64,000 nucleotides of DNA, taken from positions 2,301-66,300 of the IMG/VR virus record IMGVR_UViG_3300044946_000177; one strand, given 5' to 3'. Positions 57,229-64,000 of the stretch are shown in pieces; position 1 is the stretch's first letter; every line of letters begins with the position of its first letter. This stretch comes from a virus. A model generated the notes under the pieces. That model made no database searches. It was not told the origin of the DNA and saw only the letters and a program-made list of their open reading frames with translations. Position numbers and translations under genes: made by a program.

Positions 57229-57835
57229 TTTCGCATTCTACTGCGAGCCGCCGCCCAGCGCACCTCCCCCTTCGACCAGGCGCCGCTCAACCGGCGAATC
57301 ACCTCCGATATCCCCGCTCGGTTGCATCGCGCGCACTACAACCGCGTTTCTCAGTTACAATTGAGAAATGAAGCGGACAAATTCCTCAATCATTACAACG
57401 AAACGCCTTGCGAGCGGCGTGCGATCCAGGGCGCGGAGGTAATAAGGTGTGCTGGTCGACCACGCACTACTGACCGTTCGGTAACTTAGGTCAGTGGTAA
57501 TAGGGTAAGTGCGACAATGCGACAAAATGTAGCTGCGCAACCAGCACTACTTCAACCATTGCGTGAGTGAATGGACCCGGCTCAAGAGGATTCGGAGGTG
57601 CTTCAACGCTCCGCCACCCCGGAATTTTTCAGAAAAAATTTGCCTTCACCCGGCGCATATGCAATTGTTCACTACATGAAGCATATCAAGTGCGGTTTGT
57701 ACTGGTACGATTTCTGGGTTGGAGCTTATTGGGATCGGCGTAAGCGAATCCTGTACGTTTGCCCGTTCCCGATGTTGTGTATCGAGCTATGGTTTTAGTG
57801 CATCCCCTCTCGTTTCGTGCTTATGATTCCCGCCG

Positions 57836-58171
57836 ATGTCCTCTCTTATCACCATCGCGCTTTTTTGTTCCGCCCTCGACTCTTACGAAGGCGACAGTGA
57901 TTCTCAGGCGCTGCATCCGAACGTCCGTAATTTGTTGACTAAAATGGGACAGTGTGGTTTCAACGGACGGCTTCGTGACGTCACGGATGCAACGGGAGGT
58001 GGAAATGTCCCCGCGCCTATCTTCATAGGCTGTTTCAAGTGCGGAGATATCAACGCTTTTGTTGCCGAGTTCAAACAGACGCCATGGTTCATGCCGGACG
58101 AAGTCCTTTTGGTGGTGCAGTGCGAGCACGGGCCTGAATTTTTTAAGTTCTATCGACCGTGGTCGACATAA
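57836..58171 (+). CDS. hypothetical protein
   Basis: ORF with plausible composition. Confidence 0.55.
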   Translation: MSSLITIALFCSALDSYEGDSDSQALHPNVRNLLTKMGQCGFNGRLRDVTDATGGGNVPAPIFIGCFKCGDINAFVAEFKQTPWFMPDEVLLVVQCEHGPEFFKFYRPWST

Positions 58172-58268
58172 ATGTTTTGGAACCTCTACGCGCATCTCAT
58201 CGCCGACGCCCAGATCGCGATAATTCTCGGCGTCACCGCTCACGCCCTGTGCGGGGGATGGGGGTGAA

Positions 58269-58748
58269 ATGCCGACCGTAAATTACGACTGGACCCCCGA
58301 CCGCGTCGAGAAACTCAAGTCGCTCTTCGCCGACGGCCTGTCTTTCTGCCAGATAGCCTCCGAGTTCGCGATGACCCGCTCCGCGATCATGGGCAAGGCG
58401 CATCGTCTTGGTTTGCAGCGCGCGGTCCATCCGCGCCTCGGCGGGCGCTTACCTCGCAAGGATCCTCGCATCAAGAACCCCGGCGCCCAGAACCGCGCGC
58501 GCATCTCCAGGATTGTCGACGGACCTGTTGTCAACCCGCAAGGCAATCCGCCCGGCGATCCCGCCGGCCAGGACATCCCCAAGCGGCAGCGCAAGACGAT
58601 CTTAACGGTTGGCCGCGAGCACTGTAAATTCGGAATTGGCGATCCGCGCGAGAAAGGCTTTTTCTTTTGCGGCGCCATCAGGCAATTCCCGCTCCCCTAC
58701 TGCGCGGCGCACGCGCGGGTATGCTTCCGCCTCGCCAGGGGCTCTTGA
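58269..58748 (+). CDS. gcrA: GcrA-family regulator
   Basis: WTPDRVEKLKSL...GLS..QIA....TRSAIMGKAHRLGL; CKF.IGDP....FFFCG......PYC..H. Confidence 0.92.
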   Translation: MPTVNYDWTPDRVEKLKSLFADGLSFCQIASEFAMTRSAIMGKAHRLGLQRAVHPRLGGRLPRKDPRIKNPGAQNRARISRIVDGPVVNPQGNPPGDPAGQDIPKRQRKTILTVGREHCKFGIGDPREKGFFFCGAIRQFPLPYCAAHARVCFRLARGS

Positions 58749-58771
58749 CACGATGTAGTGAACTGCACTAC
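58745..58771 (+). promoter_or_regulatory. promoter with palindrome GTAGTG-N5-CACTAC
   Basis: TTGACA followed by the palindrome; second copy at 63318-63336. Confidence 0.6.
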
Positions 58772-58867
58772 GTTCTTTCCCGGCCACCTCCAAGGTGGCC
58801 GGGAGGCGGATGCCTTTCATCCCCCGGTGCCCCCCGCGGCGTCCGCCTCTTTTATCCGGGAGTCCTG

Positions 58868-59059
58868 ATGCCCAAGCAAGCCAAGGTCGACGTCGACTAC
58901 ACGCCGAAGGCAAAGAATCCGTCGGAGCAGTGCCAGTGGTGCGCGCATTTTTATTCGTTGCCGTCGGCCTCTACCGGAACCGGGCATCGCTGTACGAAAG
59001 TTGAAGGTTCGATCGAGCCGCAAGGTTGGTGCAAATTGTTCAGGGCTGATTCTCAATGA
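58868..59059 (+). CDS. HiPIP-like small Fe-S protein
   Basis: Y...CxxC.HF...C..VEG.I...GWC..F; GGGAG RBS. Confidence 0.75.
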   Translation: MPKQAKVDVDYTPKAKNPSEQCQWCAHFYSLPSASTGTGHRCTKVEGSIEPQGWCKLFRADSQ

Positions 59060-59343
59060 GGCATCCCGAATATCCGACCAGCATCCGGTTGTCGGTCCCC
59101 GACAAGAAGCGCCTGCGCAAGTTGGCTTCCAAGTGGCAGCTCTCGCTCGCCGGTCTGATCCAGATGATCATCAAGCAGTGGTTGGAGGTTCAGGAAGAAA
59201 AGAAGGCGGTTGGTCCGACTGTCGTCGAGACAGACATCAAACCTAAAGCAATGTTGCCGGCATTGACTCGACAGGAAGCTCACACGTCTTCCGAGCCTGC
59301 CCGGTCTGAAGAAGGCAAACCTTTTATTGGGGCGGTGGAATGA
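59056..59343 (+). CDS. ribbon-helix-helix-like protein
   Basis: TSIRLS...KKRLRKLA.....SLAGLIQMII. Confidence 0.65.
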   Translation: MRHPEYPTSIRLSVPDKKRLRKLASKWQLSLAGLIQMIIKQWLEVQEEKKAVGPTVVETDIKPKAMLPALTRQEAHTSSEPARSEEGKPFIGAVE

Positions 59344-59603
59344 CCGACTTCAGCGACTATCCGGTTTCTCTCGCCGAGGCCAAGGCCGAGCGTGATGTTG
59401 ACGGCACGGCTTGGACGCCTCGCGATGTCTTGGTTAAGATGTTGCGGGATATTGACAGTGGCAAATGCAATCCTGATCTCCTCGTAGTTGCGTACAGCGA
59501 GGTCGTGGACGGCAAGCGCATGGGTCACTTCTGGCAAGCCACCCCGTGCGGGCTGCTGTCTCTTGGATTGATGCAGTCGACTATCTTCAAGATGCAGGAA
59601 TGA
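59340..59603 (+). CDS. hypothetical protein
   Basis: WTPRD.L..MLRDID.G. Confidence 0.7.
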   Translation: MTDFSDYPVSLAEAKAERDVDGTAWTPRDVLVKMLRDIDSGKCNPDLLVVAYSEVVDGKRMGHFWQATPCGLLSLGLMQSTIFKMQE

Positions 59604-59604
59604 G

Positions 59605-60678
59605 ATGAAAACCGCTATTATAAGCACGACAATAAACGTCCCCCACGTCCTATCCCTCTATCGGGCGCACGATCCTGACGTTCGCTTTTTCGTCGCGACG
59701 GACGAGAAGACGCCGCGGGAAGCATGGGCTTTTTTAGAGCAATTGGATAATACGGAACTAGTTTACGGTGCTGCAGGCAGCTATGCTTGTGAGCAATTAA
59801 TCGGTTGGAACACGATCGCCCGCCGAAACATTGCCCTCCTCGAAGCCCTCAAATGGGGTGCAGAAATTTTGATTTCGTGTGACGATGATAATATTCCGAT
59901 TGACGGTTATGCGAAGTATTTCAAAAAGTTATGGCATCACCCGCCGGGACACGGCACGCGTTGGTATCGCCATCGAGAGGATATCAACGGCGCTCCATTC
60001 TTCAATGGCATCAAAGTAGGTTCCGGTTGGTTCGATCCCGGCAGCCTTCAGTTTCCGTCTGACGGCATCGATCCCGTGTGCCAGCGTGGTTTTCCACAAT
60101 CACAGCGCCTCGGGTGCGCAACTTTTTCGGCGGTGACCGGTGCGAAGATTGGTGTAGCGCAAGGCATGGTGCTGGGCGATTCCGACATGCCCGCCGTCGA
60201 TCGGATTTCTCGGCAATACCCGGCGGTGCATCAGGTCAGCGAACTCCTGCGCGCCGGCATCGTCACCGATCCGAGGGAAACCTGGGCGCCTCTTAACTCT
60301 CAGAACATCGCCTTCATCCGCGAACTTGCTCCCTGCTTTCTGATGGTGCCGGCTTTCGGTCGATACGACGATATTTATGCTGGCCTTGTGGCTCAGCGTG
60401 TTATGCGCGAGCATGGTTACCATGTTCATTTCGGGCAACCGTTCGTGGCACAAGAAAGAAATGCGCACGATCTGTTGAAAGACTTGGAAGCAGAACTGTG
60501 GGGCATGCAGCACATCCTCGACTTCACTGCTTGGCTAGACGGCTTCCTCGGGCAAACCAGCGTGACCGGCTTCATGCGCGTCCTCTTCACCAATCTACCC
60601 TCGTGGATGCCCGAGCGAGGGAAGCTGCAGGAACTGGGGCTCGCTTGGTGTTCGGATTGCGACGAGGTGATGAAATGA
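59605..60678 (+). CDS. STELLO/RGP-like GT-A glycosyltransferase
   Basis: TTIN.P, D.KTP, RRNIA, DDDN, NSQN, RYDDI motifs. Confidence 0.8.
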   Translation: MKTAIISTTINVPHVLSLYRAHDPDVRFFVATDEKTPREAWAFLEQLDNTELVYGAAGSYACEQLIGWNTIARRNIALLEALKWGAEILISCDDDNIPIDGYAKYFKKLWHHPPGHGTRWYRHREDINGAPFFNGIKVGSGWFDPGSLQFPSDGIDPVCQRGFPQSQRLGCATFSAVTGAKIGVAQGMVLGDSDMPAVDRISRQYPAVHQVSELLRAGIVTDPRETWAPLNSQNIAFIRELAPCFLMVPAFGRYDDIYAGLVAQRVMREHGYHVHFGQPFVAQERNAHDLLKDLEAELWGMQHILDFTAWLDGFLGQTSVTGFMRVLFTNLPSWMPERGKLQELGLAWCSDCDEVMK

Positions 60679-60914
60679 GCGAGTTGGAAGTTGATTATTT
60701 CAGCTTCCCTACGTGCATGCACGCGCTGTCTGGAGCGCTGCATCGAGAATATGTGGACCCCGAAAAGGTCGAGATACTGTTGCCATGGTCCGAATGGTGG
60801 CGACTTTATTGTGCGCTTGAGCGCAAGTTTCGCGGTTTGATGCGGTACGAAGGATCGGGCGAAACGCCACAGTCATTCAAATACATGGGATTCAAGTTCA
60901 CGGTGAAACGATGA
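60675..60914 (+). CDS. hypothetical protein
   Basis: ATGA coupling on both sides. Confidence 0.6.
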   Translation: MSELEVDYFSFPTCMHALSGALHREYVDPEKVEILLPWSEWWRLYCALERKFRGLMRYEGSGETPQSFKYMGFKFTVKR

Positions 60915-62149
60915 ACAAAATCGCAATCGCTTTCTTGACTAAGGATCGCGTCGACCTGTCCAAGCGCACGATCGCCCCCTTGCTGCAGCCCGACAAGTTC
61001 GACCTTTTCTGGATCGATGGGAGCGATGAGGCGCGCGGGCAGGGGTTTGTTGAAAGTTTTAGAGGCAAGGTGTATCGCGTCTACGGTAATGTCAAAGGCG
61101 GCGCCGATGCCGCCGTCGTCTACGCGCTGACGGAGATGCTTGAACATGACTACACCCGTGTCGGACTTGTCGAAAATGACGTCCTTCTACATCCCGATTG
61201 GTTCGGACCGGCAATGGCCCTGTTCAAGCGCGGTGAAGCCGACGGTCTTTCTGTGGGAGCGGTTTCCGCGAGGGCATATACCGATCGTATTCTTGTGCAA
61301 CGAGATGGGTATGCTCTTATGCACAACCTCGGCTGGGGCATGCAAATTATGACGCGCCAGGCCGCCGAGCTGACGCTCAGGCATTTCCGCACGCACTGGA
61401 CGACCGAGAACCGCCGCACGTTCGCCCGGCTTTCCGGCATCGACATCGGCTCTTACTGGGCTTTCAGGACAAATGATCACTGGACGACCCCGGATTGGGG
61501 CAATGATGCGGTTCTGGCTTCGCACGGTCTTGCGTCGCTTGCGTTGGTACCGTCGCCCGTCGAGATGATCGGCCAGAAGCCTTCGCTCGCCGACCAGGGT
61601 CTAAAGCTAGCGGATGCCCCCGTCGAGGACAGGAGGAACGACGCAGCGTTTGCCGAGTTCAAGGATGCGACTGCGGCGCTTCGAGCCGGCGATTTTGATG
61701 TCGGCGGCCCGCCCGTCCGCTTCCGGGGTGACGACGGCACGCAGATCGTCTTTGCGCACCAACTCGATTCCCTCGATCGCGCCTTCTGGAGCGGTGACTG
61801 GCGCCTCAAATGGTCCCCCGGCCTCGGCGGCTTCGCCGCTCGCGGTTTCCCCCAGGCCGGCTTCGAATGCTGCGCCTCCGGCACCGCCCGCTTCATGGTG
61901 ATGGGCGGCGAGAAGGGTGGCCAGATTCAGATCGAGGATACGAAGTCGGGCTATGTGGTGAGGCCTACGCTTCTCCCTGAGGCGGCCAACCAGGTCACAC
62001 AGGTGGTCGCCCCGACAGGCGTGTCCTGGCGCCTGTTGCGGCTGACCGTCCTGTCCGGCTCCTGTCTCCTTTACGGGATGCAGTTCCAGGAGCCGCAGCC
62101 GGCTGTCGGCGGGTGGAAGTTCGATTACTCTAAGCTTTGGCCCGTATAA
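60911..62149 (+). CDS. GT2-like glycosyltransferase with C-terminal beta domain
   Basis: FLTKDR, IDGS, VENDV motifs. Confidence 0.7.
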   Translation: MNKIAIAFLTKDRVDLSKRTIAPLLQPDKFDLFWIDGSDEARGQGFVESFRGKVYRVYGNVKGGADAAVVYALTEMLEHDYTRVGLVENDVLLHPDWFGPAMALFKRGEADGLSVGAVSARAYTDRILVQRDGYALMHNLGWGMQIMTRQAAELTLRHFRTHWTTENRRTFARLSGIDIGSYWAFRTNDHWTTPDWGNDAVLASHGLASLALVPSPVEMIGQKPSLADQGLKLADAPVEDRRNDAAFAEFKDATAALRAGDFDVGGPPVRFRGDDGTQIVFAHQLDSLDRAFWSGDWRLKWSPGLGGFAARGFPQAGFECCASGTARFMVMGGEKGGQIQIEDTKSGYVVRPTLLPEAANQVTQVVAPTGVSWRLLRLTVLSGSCLLYGMQFQEPQPAVGGWKFDYSKLWPV

Positions 62150-62331
62150 TGGATGTATTCGCAATGGGCGCCAAGGTAAAAAAGCGCCAAGGGTACGCCT
62201 ATCCCGGAGTGGTCATAGGGGCGTGCGTGACGTCGCTTGGTGTTTTGCGCTACGTCGTGGAAGCAGAGCATCCCGACTTCAAGGGCATGCTGCATATTTT
62301 TAGCGCCGAGCAGTTGGAGCCTAGAGAATGA
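62149..62331 (+). CDS. R67/DfrB-like SH3-fold protein
   Basis: F.MG.KVKK..G....GVVIG....YVVEAE...G.LHIF...L. Confidence 0.55.
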   Translation: MDVFAMGAKVKKRQGYAYPGVVIGACVTSLGVLRYVVEAEHPDFKGMLHIFSAEQLEPRE

Positions 62332-63329
62332 AACGCGTTCTCATCACTGGTGCCGCCGGCTTTGTCGGACGCGCCTTTACCCGTCGCCTCGTCCGTGATG
62401 GCTGGGAAGTCGTCGCGCTCGACAACATGAGTGCCGGCGAGCCCCTGCACAAATGGCATGACCCCGTGGTGCCGCATTCTGTTCGTTTTCGCCGAATGTG
62501 GGATGTTCGCGACGGTGTCGCGGCGATGGAACATCCCGATGATTACAATTTGATCGTTCATTGCGCCGCCGTTGTCGGCGGCCGACTCAAACTGGATGGT
62601 GATCCGCTCGCGGTCGCGACAGACCTTGCGATCGACAGTGATTTTTTTAATTGGGTTGTCAAGGCGAAGAACAAACCGAAGGTGATCTACTTCTCGTCGT
62701 CCGCCGTCTATCCCGTCGAGTTGCAGCAGCGCCTGCAGTACATCAAACTCGCCGAGTCGCTTGTGACCCAAGGCGCCACCAAGTTCGGCCGCCCGGATGT
62801 CACGTATGGATGGGCCAAGCTGACGGGCGAGTATCTAGCGCATCTCGCAGTCAAGCAGTACGGTGCCGACGTCCTGATCTATCGACCATTTTCCGGCTAC
62901 GGCGCGGATCAGTCCTTCGACTACCCCTTCCCGTCGATCATACGCCGCGTCGTCAATCGAGAGAACCCGATCGCGATTTGGGGTTCCGGGGAACAATGTC
63001 GCGACTTCATTCACATCGATGACATCGTCGAAGCGGTCATGCAGACCAAGGACGTTTTGAAGCCTGGCGATACGCTCAATCTTGGTACGGGCGTGCCGAC
63101 GTCGTTTACTCATTTGTCGTGTGCGGCATGGAATCTTCTTTTTGATCCCGAGATAAAATACTACCCGCCTACTATAGAGTGCGACACTACCAAACCCGAA
63201 GGCGTCTTCTACCGCGTCGCCGACACCTACAAGCTGAGCCAGTTCTACAAGCCCAGGATCACCTTGGAAGAGGGGATCAGGCGAGTTGCGAAACACTTGA
63301 CGGAGGCAAAAAAGAAGTGTAGTGAATAA
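62328..63329 (+). CDS. NAD-dependent NDP-sugar epimerase/dehydratase
   Basis: TGAAGFVG, SSSAVYP, YGWAK, GSGEQ.RDFIHI. Confidence 0.93.
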   Translation: MKRVLITGAAGFVGRAFTRRLVRDGWEVVALDNMSAGEPLHKWHDPVVPHSVRFRRMWDVRDGVAAMEHPDDYNLIVHCAAVVGGRLKLDGDPLAVATDLAIDSDFFNWVVKAKNKPKVIYFSSSAVYPVELQQRLQYIKLAESLVTQGATKFGRPDVTYGWAKLTGEYLAHLAVKQYGADVLIYRPFSGYGADQSFDYPFPSIIRRVVNRENPIAIWGSGEQCRDFIHIDDIVEAVMQTKDVLKPGDTLNLGTGVPTSFTHLSCAAWNLLFDPEIKYYPPTIECDTTKPEGVFYRVADTYKLSQFYKPRITLEEGIRRVAKHLTEAKKKCSE

Positions 63330-63351
63330 CACTACAAAAAAGGAGGGAACC

Positions 63352-64000
63352 TTGCATCTGGCTTACGCCCGCACCTCGACGCTCAAGCAGGCTGGTCCCG
63401 ACAAGACCACGATCGCGGAGCAATTGGCGAAATGCAAGGCGATTGCCGGACTGCGCGGCTCGGCCGGCAAGTACGATTTTCAAACCTACACCGATGCCGG
63501 CGTCTCCGGGTCTACCCCCCTGAGCGAGCGCCCCGGAGGCAAGGATCTCTTTGCCGCAGTCAAGCCGGGCGACATCGTGATCGCTGCCAAGATGGATCGC
63601 CTTTTTCGTTCCGCATCCGACGCGCTCGCGACGATCGAGCGGTTCAAGAAGCAGAAGATCGGCTTGATCCTGTGCGACATGAGCGTGGAGCCTGTGGCCG
63701 ACAGTCCTGCGGCGACGATGTTTTTCAACATGCTGGCTGCTTTTGCCCAGTTCGAGCGCGAACGTATCCGCGAGCGCATCGCCGACGGCAAGCGCGCCAA
63801 GAAAGAGCGAGGCGGGCACACGGGCGGCCCCGTCCCTTTCGGATACTGCAAGGTGGGCGAAGGGATTAAAGCTGTCCTCGTGCGGAACGAAGCCGAGGAG
63901 GAGCATGCGCGTGCGGCCCGCTGGTTCCGGGACCAGGCGCGCGCCAGAGGTCCGACGCGCATCGCCGAGCTGATGTCGCATGAGGGCATGCTGGGGCGAG
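63352..64000 (+). CDS. serine recombinase (truncated by window end)
   Basis: Not in ORF track; TTG after AGGAGG; YARTST, D.GVSG, RPG, KMDRLFRS, FAQFERE.I.ER, PFGY. Confidence 0.92.
   Translation, partial: MHLAYARTSTLKQAGPDKTTIAEQLAKCKAIAGLRGSAGKYDFQTYTDAGVSGSTPLSERPGGKDLFAAVKPGDIVIAAKMDRLFRSASDALATIERFKKQKIGLILCDMSVEPVADSPAATMFFNMLAAFAQFERERIRERIADGKRAKKERGGHTGGPVPFGYCKVGEGIKAVLVRNEAEEEHARAARWFRDQARARGPTRIAELMSHEGMLGR

Noticed and set aside
63277-63989. Track ORFs at the window end
   Set aside because: Shadows of the open plus-strand serine recombinase frame starting at 63352
1-64000. tRNA or rRNA genes
   Set aside because: No cloverleaf with T-loop consensus seen by eye; tRNAscan-SE not run

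Overview
Most of a tailed dsDNA phage genome, GC-rich, podovirus-like, probably infecting an alphaproteobacterium (gcrA homologue, CtrA-type box). The + strand late arm (about 1-38.8 kb) carries terminase, portal, scaffold, capsid, duplicated adaptors, ejection proteins, tail/receptor-binding proteins and lysis genes. The - strand replication arm (38.8-51.8 kb) carries an SSB-like protein, an IS1595-family element with passenger genes, SNF2 helicase, nucleases and a family A polymerase with a mini-intein. Then come a primase-helicase with a candidate origin, promoter-gene-terminator early cassettes, a GcrA/HiPIP/glycosylation cluster, and a serine recombinase truncated by the window end. Most unusual: (1) small accessory ORFs carry short, synonymously recoded peptide copies of this phage's own portal, capsid and terminase; (2) five tail-region proteins have Sec/Tat-type signal peptides with Gln at +1, and some are Cys-rich; (3) the polymerase intein hides an out-of-frame homing-endonuclease remnant; (4) two matching palindromes bracket the glycosylation cluster next to the recombinase. 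Family assignments come from motifs recognised by eye, with no database searches.
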